From Jimgerdemannia flammicorona (lineage: Eukaryota), in the NCBI GenBank assembly GCA_003990765.1, contig RBNJ01000253.1, positions 1 to 35,320 on the forward strand: a DNA stretch of 35,320 nucleotides, in the 5' to 3' direction. The position numbers and the translations under genes are program-made. How positions within the stretch are numbered: position 1 is the stretch's first letter; every line of letters begins with the position of its first letter. Below the pieces are notes generated by a model that had not been told where the DNA came from, did no database searches, and worked only from the letters and a program-made list of their open reading frames with translations. This document shows positions 1-11,000 of this stretch, piece by piece.

Positions 1-1672
1 AAAAAAAAATCAGAGTATCTAACGCCGAACAGCATCAAAGGTCGCCCCACACAATTGACAAACTCCCACCCATCGCAGACCCTTTCCAGCCCAGATATAT
101 CCGAACAAATAGATCAATTACTCCCTCGCTGTTTGCAACATCGCAACGAGCAACATATCATTTCGCTCTCTCCCTACAACTTTCCCTGTGGAATTCGCTT
201 ACGTCACACGACGCGTCGTTGATATTCCGTTTTGCTGGGATGTTCCCCACAAATAACTAATTAAACATATATATACAAGTCGAGGGCGCACAGTTTCTTG
301 GTGTATTCTACACGTTTGTAATAGGCTCCGAATATCGTACCATCAGCACGTCGCTTTCATTATTATTTATTTATTTATTTTTTTGATGGATACCACCGGA
401 ACATGTGTATTTATGGAAATTTACCGTTTTTCCAACATATGTGCCACGACAGATAAAACAGTGCCATCACCGGAGAAGCTAGTCGGTTCAATAAAATTGC
501 GAGAAAAATTCAAATGCAGTGTTCCTTGAGGTTCTCTACCACAAATTCAATGCTGTGGTGACAGAACCGCCAGAGACCTCCAATGAAGATCCAGGGGCTT
601 AGGGGAGAATGACAAAAAAAAAAAAAAAAAAAAAAAAAATTGAGTATGTAACGCCGAAGAGGTAACAAAAGTCCTCCGCACAATTTACAAAACTCTTCGA
701 TTTCGTCAATGTGCTGTACTAGGAGTTTCAAACCACGATACAAATCGCACCGCACGTCGAAACGCTGGATACTGGGACAGTTAGGTTATATGAGCGCATA
801 TGCATCCTCTGGTTACCGGCACCGTTACGTTATACGAGTAGAAGGTATCCCGATACCCGATGGATATACCGTACCACCTCACTAGCGCCGTAGCCATTTT
901 GTTCTCCGCGTCGGGGCCACAACTGTTGCTCGCCCCGTCCCATTGTTTGAAGCTCCACAGCTCCGGGCAGAGGGACTTGCAAAGGTGTAATCTGAATTTG
1001 ATTGCGGCTTATGGTCACCAGCATTAATATCACAACCAACAATTTCGCAATTATCCTTATAACAAAATCGTGAACATAGCACACAAGTAAATGTGGGCAT
1101 TGGGTGCTTACACATACAAGAATCAACCTTGAGTTGTGATCGTCAATTCGTCTTTTAGTGTATCACGGCCCTCGAGTAATTATATACAAAAATAGCACAC
1201 AAGAAATTGATGCACTTGCGTGGACACAGCACACAAGAAATCGTATTGGGAATTCTTTTGAGTGGTATCCTGTGGAGGACGGATAGTTCAAGGACCGCAC
1301 CCAACTAATACTGAGCGGCGTAGTTAAAATTTACACATATCCGTACCACATTGACACACTGTTGTCCTGAAATTTATACCGCAATTCTAGTGAGTTGTTT
1401 TCGTATGTTTACAGTATCGCTACCATAATGTGGCAGATGACGTGTATTCCATACAGTCAAATTTCATTGAAGTTCAAGACCTCTCCTCTACGCTCCACCT
1501 TCAATGGCTGATCAGGGTTCATTTCAAGCTGTGTTTGGTCAAGTCCTGGTCGCAAATGGTTGATTATTAATTTATAAAAGAAAACGAAACTTGAACATAC
1601 CAGGCATAGGCGGTTTTCAGGTTGCAATCGAAATTCGAATGATTTTCACGTTGGCGAGGTAACCATCCTGAC

Positions 1673-1678
1673 TATAAA
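1673..1678 (+). promoter_or_regulatory. TATA box of the secreted-protein gene
   Basis: TATAAA (context CTATAAAGG) 50 nt before the ATG at 1729. Confidence 0.6.
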
Positions 1679-1728
1679 GGGGCTCTTTTCCACTCAGAGC
1701 CACAATTCCCACAAAAACCAATCACATC

Positions 1729-2250
1729 ATGTTTATCAACCGCTACTTCAAGTTCGGCAGCCTCTTGGCGACCTTCCTCATCGTTGCCGCCTTTGCAACG
1801 AACGCCATGGCCAGGGCGGAAGGTAAATCGAGGTGGAAACCTTTCAGAATTGCTGTATTTGGTATGAATGTACCCGGCGGCACACTATTTGGATCCTTTG
1901 AAGGGAAAGGCCGTTCCATCGATAAAGTCCGCGGCCGTTTCTTCAGCGACGGCAAAATCTGCACCTGGTAAGCTGATGTTCTTTTTAAGTCGACATGAAC
2001 AGTCGATCACCTTTTTCTCATCTTCGGTTTTTCATTTCCACCACTGTTGTTTAGGCACATGGAAGTCGTCGTTTACAACGAAACGGCTTATGAGGTGGAT
2101 CGCAAGAGGGGCAAATTCCACTATGATTGCAGTACAAATGGCGTTGAAAACTTTGTCCTCGATCGCAATGTGCAGAGCGGCATGGTTTGCGTGACTCTGA
2201 CGAAGTCTACTCGAGAAATTACGGAAGTTTGCCACAAATTTCACAAGTAA
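1729..2250 (+). CDS. Two-exon gene for a 144-aa small secreted protein with 4 Cys (exons 1729-1967 and 2055-2250)
   Basis: Hydrophobic N-terminus (LLATFLIVAAFATNAMA). GTAAGC donor at 1968 and TTTAG acceptor ending at 2054 give an 87-nt intron that joins the two track ORFs in frame (TG|G = Trp; ...KICTW-HMEVVVY...VCHKFHK*). CpG-normal composition; TATA box upstream. Confidence 0.85.
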
Positions 2251-2500
2251 CTTGGGAAGGCGTTACAGAAACCAGTTTTTTTAGTTTAGGGATTTTTTAA
2301 TCATTAGGACAACTTTAAACATGTGGTCATCAATTGATGAAATTTGATTAAATTTTAGAGTTTATTTTCACTCTCTCGACAGCTAGTTTAATTGATGTAT
2401 GATTATAAACTATAGAGTAATTATGCATAATATATTCAATTGAATCTACGGGATTACACACTGTTTGCAATTGCCTTAAGACTTGGTATTAAAGGAAAAT

Positions 2501-2979
2501 CTAAAGAGCGCAAAGTACAATGAGGTCTGTGAATGTCTGGTCTGAATTGCCAATTGCCCCTGGAGCACGTCCTAGAGTCCTTTGTCTTGAATTTCTGCAT
2601 ACTCGATGTCTACGAAATTCGATAGCTCGAAATGATTGGTGTCTTTACATACCTGTCCCCATTTCTTAATGCATTGAAACTCATGTGCCCTTTTTTGTCT
2701 GGAGTCAGATAGTATCTTGTAACCCATGTTCCCTTGTTTTGGATTTCCTTTGTCTCGAATTAATTAGAATTAAATACTGCAACAATATGTTAACAGATTT
2801 AGATATATAGAAATTAAATAATCTCACCTTTTTATATTTATTTATTTCTCTAAACTATTGGGCATATTGCAGGTTATGTAGGTTGGAGCCATTGATTGTT
2901 ATTCTCAATTAATTCTCTATTCAACTTCTCACTTTGTGTAATTTTACTCATTGATCCAGAACCCTCTTCAGTATTTATC
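2501..2979 (-). pseudogene. 3' exons of a spliced, nonsense-riddled gene of unknown function (exons 2979-2828, 2776-2653, ~2594-2501)
   Basis: Minus-strand introns GTGAGA...TTAAC...TTGCAG (2827-2777) and GTATGT...CAG (2652-2595), plus a CTCAG acceptor ending at 2980. Phases join into one frame (INTEEGSGSMSKITQSEKLNRELIENNNQWLQPT*PAICPIV*RNK*I*KVFNSN*FETKEIQNKGTWVTRYYLTPDKKGHMSFNALRNGDR...). The five internal stops are all TAA/TAG. Confidence 0.6.
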
Positions 2980-2989
2980 CTGAGATCAG

Positions 2990-3820
2990 AAAAATATAAA
3001 ATAAAATATATATTATATTCTAGATCAAAAATAATATATGAGTATATCTCTTTAATAGATTGAATACTTTGGATACTCTAAATATATTTACAAATATAAT
3101 TACAAGTTATCTATATCCTAGTATCTATATATATATATTACTATATATATATCTATAGTAAAACTCTTATTATAATAAATATATATATTATAGAGAACAA
3201 TTACACTTATTGAAGTATAAGAGTGCTTTGATATAGTTAAGTCAGATCAAATCTGATACTTAGACTATATGTTAGTAAATGTCTAAATAGAAATATATAA
3301 CTAAATTCAGAAAATTTAAGTAATTGTATCATAACTAACTAGACTGATCTTTATTGAAGTATTTAGAGAAGGTATTTATATATAAGAAATAGAAAAAAAA
3401 AAGAAATAAATAGAACATTACTAAGTTAGATACTGAGCAATAAGTCATGCTTAGCAGAACTTAATAGAATATTATAGAGAGTTACTAAGCATTGATTAGT
3501 AATTAATAGAATCTTGACAGAACTATTTAGAAAACAAATTCTTAGTAAATGGCTAAGTAATTCTATACTATTCTAAGCTATTCTGAAATATTCTACTGAG
3601 TAATATAATAAAGAAAAAGATAATAATTTAGTAAAAGAAAATAAAATATAGAGGATTATTTTACTTAAAGATTATTAAATTTAGTATATTTTAGTACTTA
3701 TAGATTATCTATCTTACTATTCTACTAAATATATATAGTATATTTTGTAGCTATTTTTTATAGAATTTTATATATTAAGAGACTATTAGATATATATTTA
3801 TTTATACTAATAGTAGTTAT
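2990..3820. other. Extremely AT/TpA-rich degenerate sequence at the border of the repeat block
   Basis: Essentially no CpG, many TATA runs, no recognisable ORF. Consistent with saturation C-to-T mutation. Confidence 0.6.
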
Positions 3821-6423
3821 TGTGAGTATTTAATAATAAATATTAACCATTTATTATTTATATATTTATATAAAATATAGAGTATTATAATAAGCCAGCA
3901 GAGAAATATACCAAGTTATCATCTAAATTAGTCATTATAATTTTGCTATATATTATATCAGATATACTAAACAATCAGACTATCTTATTATACTAACTTG
4001 TATAAATAACTTAGATAGTTAAATAAGGATACAAAGAGTTCCAAGCTAATATACTATATCAGAATTTGAGATTAGTATTCTTAGCTAATATACTATACCA
4101 GAATTTGAGATTTATATTCTTAATAAGAATAGCTAAACTTTATCAAAAACAGTAATCTATAGTTAGTTATATAGTAACTTGATAGTAATTATAATTGTAT
4201 AAAATACTCCAGAGATAAGAGTTAATAAATCTTAGTTCAAAAAGTTCAAAAGCAAATTATAAGTCTACTCAATATACTTTGAGATATATATATATATCTA
4301 CCAAAAGTTACTTGATTCAGAAAGAATTACAATACTTAAAATATTGTAAGCTTTGTCTTATTCTCACTCTGATCTACTTTCTGATAAAAAGCCTAATTTA
4401 CTACTAAGTTTAAGTAAAGAGCTTTATTATTATTTTAAGAAGTAGTCTACTACTTAAAGATAGCCTAGTATCAGATATACTTTTATAGTAAATCTGTTTA
4501 TACAAATGAAAGAGTCTTTGATATACATAACTCTGATAAGTCTGTCATTTTCAAGTGATCTGCTATTTATAAAAAGCTGCTATTTTCAAGAAGTCTACTA
4601 ATTTAAAAAGAATTAGTACTAGTCAAGTAATTTAATAGTTTAGAAAGAATCTATATCAATCTAGTAATCTGTTAATTTAGAAAGAAATCTGTATTACTTA
4701 AGTTATTTAGTTTATTTAAGAAGTCTATCAAAATTATTATATTATATCAGACTACCAAATTAAGAAATTACTAAAATCATCTATTATATAAACTAGAGAA
4801 CTTACTCAGAAATCCAGTATTGTCTTTATACTACTAAATACTAATAAGCTGAAACCATTGAACATTTTGTTGCTTTTGACAAAGTAACTAGAGACTTAAG
4901 CTAATCTTCATAGTAGCTCTAATCTTATAATTTATCTCTATTGAGCTAGCATATTACATTTGGAGACTTAACTAAGAAGATTTTCTTTAAATATATATGA
5001 CTTTTCAGCTCACAAGCACTCAATAGCCAAACTGAATATATTAGATATAATATCAATTTTGCTTCTATAGAAAAATAAGTCATTATCAGCATTTAGACAG
5101 AAAGAGAAATAATTATCTCAAGACTTATCAATTATTTAGTATTAAAAGGATCTCAACCAGAAGTCAGTATAGTATAGAATTCTCAACCAGTACTAACAGA
5201 CTTATCACCAGGAGATCTGATTCAATTAGATCAATTAGATAATATAGATAGCTCTATCAGAAACTTCAATAAGTTTATATAAGAATTAGAAAACTTCATT
5301 GTATAATTCCAGTTTTTCTCAGAAGCTCTACTAGTCTCTCTCATTAAACTATTATTAAGACTAAAAATATTCCCTTCAAGAATACTCAGATCTACTATAT
5401 CTTATCTATCAATAATACTATCTTCAGGATATCCAAGCATCCTAAGTTCTGACAACAACTCAGAAAGTAAATCAGAACCAGAATCAGAACAAGAAGATAG
5501 TGAAACAAAACAACCACCTCAATGCTAACTTTTGCAGAATATTTAGAAGACTCAAGAGAATTTCTTGATAAAATTGAATAAATAGCAATTCTAAAAAATC
5601 TCTCTGGCTAGAGAAAAATTGACATCTTCAAAGTCTAATTTAGAGAACTAGTTAAGGGAATTTTCAACTGAATAGGAAGTAATATACATTTGGACCTTAG
5701 AGCAATTATTTATATAGTACTATTCTAGAAAGAATAATATGAAGTCATGATCTACTAACTTATAGAAAAATATGCAAAAAATGAAATGTGCTACAAGGTT
5801 CAAGAATCCATTATAAGAATAAAAATAAATCTTAAAAAATCACCCAGAGTATTCTTTACTAGAATTTAGAAAAGAATATATATAGCTGAGTTCAATACTA
5901 CTAACTAAGACATTATAGATTTAATGACTTTTATAAATAAGATCTCTCCAACTATTACTCAGTATATATATTTATATTCTAAATATCAGAAAGTCTGAAG
6001 AATATATAGATATAGCTCAAGAATTTTTTGATATTAGATAAGAAACTACCTGGAGTAATTATAATAAGAAGAATGATAAGAAAGACCTCTTGGTTAAAAC
6101 CCTATAAGAACTTCTTTAAAAATGTAGTAAATCAGAAAAAAGAAAGCCAGCTATAGAGAAAAATAAAATCCAAGACCTCAACTCCAAGTTGGACTGATTG
6201 GTTGAGCAAATTGAAAAACTTACTATATATAAAATTAGAACTACTTACAGAACAACAGAGATTATATACTGTAAAGAAACCAAGACTACTCACTGAGAGA
6301 TAACAGGAGTTATTTATTACAAGAAGATAGAAGATACTAAGTCTGAGATAGAGCCCAAGTCTAATACTTCTACTGTAGATAGTTTGGACACTATATTATA
6401 GAATATAATAATAGGAGAAGTAA
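3821..6423 (+). mobile_element. Relic D: 5' LTR/leader and gag of an element related to B, truncated just after the zinc knuckle (5' boundary tentative)
   Basis: ~4150-4240 matches the B LTR core (tgtataaaatacCccagagaCaagagtGaataaaCctCag). ~4850-6420 aligns to B 19230-19404 plus 26086-27485. The degenerate knuckle *YFYCR*FGHYIIEY (6362-6406) corresponds to B QCFHCGQFGHYATEC. TGTGA at 3821 is a possible LTR start. Confidence 0.7.
4044..4121 (+). repeat. 2 x 39-bp tandem repeat within the putative LTR of relic D
   Basis: agctaatatactata(t/c)cagaatttgagatt..tattctt at 4044 and 4083. Confidence 0.8.
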
Positions 6424-6946
6424 TGAGAATACAGTCTACCTCACTACTGAAGAAGTCAATTGGGTGAAAGCTGAAGTTACTAATTACCTCAGAAGCAACT
6501 GTGTTACTGTAGGAAGTTAATAAACTGAACTTACTCTGCCAGTCTTTCATACTACCCATTTCCAAGACAACTATCAAGATCATCTGATGAGTCTCATGGA
6601 AATATTCAAAGAACTACCCATTATTGTCAAAGCACCTACAGGAGCTACTATAGCTACCCACCACTCTATCAGTTATATGTCACATTACATTATATAAGAG
6701 CTGAACCAAGAAGTTTCAGAAGCTTCTGTCCAAAAAGAAGAAGAATACTAAGACTCTACCATTGAAACTACTGTAGTACCTCAAGATGCCCAAACTGATG
6801 AATTCTTAGAAGAAGAACAACAAAGGATCTACTAGTCTTCAGTCTGCCTTCAAGCTGTGCAAGGGTTAGAAAAAGTCATTGAAGATAATTGACCATTATT
6901 CTATTCTCTCATCTCTTGGTCAGTACTTTTTCTCTTTGAAGAGCAG
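6424..6946 (+). repeat. Duplicate of the 3' internal region (ORF3 C-terminal half) of element A, lying upstream of A's 5' LTR
   Basis: Colinear with 16556-17078 at a constant offset of 10132 nt; differences are mostly transitions. Confidence 0.85.
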
Positions 6947-8038
6947 TATGATGAAGTCACAACCCAGCAAGATGATTCACTTACCACTGGCAAAGAGTAC
7001 TATATCTTTTAAGGCAGAGATCAATATTCCTTATCAGCAGTACAGAATAAAGATATTTCAGTCTTATCTGATTTAGTTAGTACTACTCTCTATATAAGTG
7101 TACTATAGTTCAGTCCAAATATAGAACAGCCCCTCCATTATCTAAACATTCTTTATCAGTGATATAGAATAAGAGTGTTCTGACCTTACCCTATTAGTAT
7201 AGTCTTTGCTACTGATATACTATTACTGGCAAATCAATAGTATATCAAGATCTTACCACTAGGACATAGCAGAAATATATATAAATACCCCCAAAGATAA
7301 GAGTGAATAAACCTCAGTTAGTTTGAGTTTGAAGTAAAAAGAATTACAGAGAACCCACTATCTCTAAGATATAGGAATAATTCTAAGAAATTAGATAACT
7401 AGAGCAATGATTGCTTGAGATTTGAGTTTGAAGAATTTTTCTTGCCATGGACTGCTACTATGAAAACTGTTATAAAACCCATTAGCTAAGGAAACACTAC
7501 TATGAGAATTGGATACAAGACTTATAGAAAATATCAGAACATTGCCAGGAAACTTAGCCAAGGATACCAGAATAATCACCAATCTGCCAAGAAGCTCTAA
7601 AGACTCACAAAAATGATTGCCAGTCAGAAACTCAAGAACAACTCAGTTAATACTACTTTGGAAAATCATTATGAAGCCCAAGAAACAAGATAATCTGCTA
7701 AATAATTGCTGGAAACTCCAGAATAATGTGAGAATCACCAATCTACCAGAAGATAACAGAGTGCAGCCAAGAAGTACAGAGAATCTATAACTTATATTCT
7801 TCAACCTTTTTGCCATTTGGAATAACTGGTTACATGACCAATGACTTGTAATATATAAACTTCAGCAACACATAAACTCCAACCTGATGCAAATGAGAAA
7901 TACAAATAAATTGAACAGTAGTTGAATTGAATATTGAGCCAGAACATTATCAGATAAAAGATAAATAGTTTATAAGATAACTAAGTGACATATCAAGTAG
8001 TATATTCTGCAAACAAGATATAAATATTGTATGTCACA
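6947..8038 (+). repeat. 5' (shared) LTR of element A
   Basis: Ends GTCACA at 8038, followed by a PBS. Begins TATGAT (mutated TGTGAC) after purine-rich GAAGAG. Contains the tatataaata...gagtgaataaacctc core. Direct repeat of 17079-18097. Start is inferred. Confidence 0.8.
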
Positions 8039-8041
8039 TTT

Positions 8042-8059
8042 TGGGAGCTTAACTGAGAA
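8042..8059 (+). promoter_or_regulatory. Primer-binding site of element A, tRNA-Pro-like
   Basis: TGGGAGCTTAACTGAGAA, 3 nt after the LTR. Reverting transitions gives TGGGGGCTCGACCGGGAA, close to the tRNA-Pro PBS TGGGGGCTCGTCCGGGAT. Confidence 0.6.
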
Positions 8060-8099
8060 AATTTTTTCTAAAGACTTAACTATTTGGCTCAAGAACTCA

Positions 8100-11000
8100 G
8101 TGGCCATCTATAGTGGAGAATTCAGGAGAAACTAGCCAGCAACAAGACTAGGGCCAACAACTGCCCTCCTCAGAAGGAGAAGTTCACACCATTGTCAAGA
8201 CAGCCCTCACTCTATTTAGAACTAGCAACCAGACAACTGAATCAGAAGGAAGAAGTGACCCAGACTATAGTTTAATCTCAAAGAAAAGAAGAAGACTTAA
8301 GGACAACCTGAGCCCATTTCCATTTAAAGTCCAGAACCAGCAGAAGACTTTTCTGAAAAATGCCAGACTCTAATCTACAGAAAAAATTCAGATAGAAGTA
8401 ATTATATTACTACTGTCATCACTCAAACAACTCTACTAGATTAAGCATACTTTGAAACATCTGAAGGAGAAGAAGACTACCATCCCTACCTTTTAGAATC
8501 AGAAGAAGACAAAGATTAGAGAAGCCAACTAGATCAACTAAGATATGTATGAATTCAACCTTTATTATTACTCAGACAGCAATATAGACTCTTGGTAAGA
8601 TAAACAGAACCCTACTGCTTTACAACAGCAAGGGGTAGACAAATTGAACATCAGCTATATCAGTTCTATCCTAGTTGTCTGAACTTCAGTCTTTTGGTCT
8701 TTTATACTCTATTACTACTTATAAGAAACAAATAGCTCCAGCTCTCTCAGAACCTTAGTATTTAGTGATTATTATCACTCAATCAGAGAACTACCACTAT
8801 CAAGAACCTCTATACTAACTTTAATTAGAAGGGTCAGACTCTCTATACCTTCACCAAGATATCATTTCCTACCAGCACCACCAGTTTATCAAGTACCTCT
8901 ACTATCTCCATCTCAAGCATCATTAAGAAACTCTACTTCAGAACCAGACTCAGATTGTGAAAACAAACTAGAGATAAGCTATCTTCAGAAATTCCATAGT
9001 ATAGATAGTGAAGATATTGAGGAATTTCTTGGAGAAATTAAAGTACAAGTAGCTGCCAAACAATGAGTAGCCTAAAGAAAGTTCAGAATCATAGAATTAT
9101 TACTGAGAGGTCCTTCCCTACAGAAGTACAACCAAGTAAGGCAAATTGGAGGAGAAATCTATATAACAAAACAAGCTAACAATCTTTGAGCAAATGGAGA
9201 TCTTACAGACAGATATATTATCTATAAGATCTGATTCCATACTCAGTTTAATAGTCTTGAGTATTAACAAGAAGTATAAAAAGCTTTGACCTATATGAGC
9301 CCAGCTGCCAATAAAACCCCTAAGGCTTTCTACCATCAGATTCAAGCCCAGATGATTAAGGTAAACTTGCAACCTACAGTCTAACTGGTCCTGGCCTCAA
9401 CCACCTTCCTCAATAAAATATTTTCAGAGCTTTAGAGATAAGTTATTAGGATGAGTTACTGAAGCATTGAGCAGCAAGTTGCTAGAGTACATAAATGCTG
9501 AGAAGCAGACTATAGATTACTCCAGCAGATTCCAGAACATTGAGAACTAACTTAAGCTGAAATTTCAAAGATTCATAGAATGACTACAAAACAAGAGAAT
9601 GCTTACTTAAGAGCACAGTTGGCCAACTATGAGACCAGACCCCCACCCTCAATTTCAACTCAGTATAGGCAGCAACAGCAGCAGCCCCTACCAAGAGTCT
9701 AAGAAGACTCTATAACAATACTCACCAAGCAAATAAAGGATTTGGCCATTGTAGTTACTCAGCTAAAGAACCAAGGAGGAAGACAGCATTATTATTACTA
9801 TGATAGTAAACTAGACTACTGGTAGCAAGACAATAGAAGTTTCACTCAGACCCTACCAGCTATCACTATAAGCCTATTAACAACAAGTACTTATGTCTCC
9901 AAATATTGCAACTATGGAAACCAAGGCTATATTCAGAGATTCTACCTAAAGAAACAACTCCCACCCAATGACAGAAATGTCAATCTCATTCAAATAGATA
10001 AAGAGACTTAAGAAATAGAGGAGGAAGCTATCTGGCTTCATAGATAAGAGAATACCTACTATGAAGTCTTCTCTTCTAAGATGACTTGAAATGCTGCCCC
10101 TGCACAGACCAGAGGACAAGGAAGACCCTCTAGAACCCCACTTCTACTACTACTATCAGTTACAGTATCTACAGGCAAGCACCCAAGACATAGTCACTCC
10201 TCCTCAGACACTCCTCAGGAAAATAACAAGTGAGTCAGAAGAGACACCTCTGAACTGAAGACCAGGCCTTCAAGGATATCAAGAAGTGCTTTCTTACCTA
10301 ACCTTGAAGAAGATGAGCATATGAGTATAGAATCTTCAGCTGATGAAATGTCTAACAGAAATGAGAGGACTCATCATAAGAGACCTAGACATTGAAGAAA
10401 TAGTAGACCCCATGAAGCAGCATCTCTTTGGAAATATATCCATATATAGAATATAGGCCTTACATTCAAACAAGTCCTCAAAAATGCCTCAGAAGTTTGG
10501 TGAAAATTCCTGAAGAAAGCCAAAGAAGATACCAAGAGAATTCCTATTCAAGGACTATATATACTAGAGCCTAGCACTATCTATATAGTCCATGAAAACC
10601 AGTGCCAAGAACATCAATCCACAAGACTTGTCAATGGAAAAGTACATAGTGAAAATGCCAGAATCCTTATTAATACTAGAGTGGCAGTTTGCATTATTAC
10701 CCAGTAAATGCTAGAGAGGATTGGATGGGAAATTGATGAAGAAACTAAAGCAATAGTCATTATGGCAGATGGATCAGCATCTACTCTCCTTGGACTAGTC
10801 AGAGATATATCTATTTAAGTTGGAAAAGTCTGCCTCAATATACCATAAGCTGTGGTAACTCCAGCAACCTCTTATGATCTGAACTTAGGAACTAATTGAT
10901 TATACTAAGTTGGAGCCAATATAGATATCAAGAAATAGCTCCTAGTCTTCACCTTCTATAGACAGAAGCACAAGGTACCAATTGAATCAAGAGAATTCTC

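Noticed and set aside
510..1126. Minus-strand ORFs 510-755, 830-1126 and 882-1115 as a host gene
   Set aside because: Splice-like signals exist, but I could not build a consistent model. The 510-755 ORF runs through a 26-nt homopolymer (poly-Phe) and no domain is recognisable.
1743..2244. ORFs 1743-1964(-), 1868-2194(+) and 2032-2244(-)
   Set aside because: Shadow frames of the spliced secreted-protein gene.
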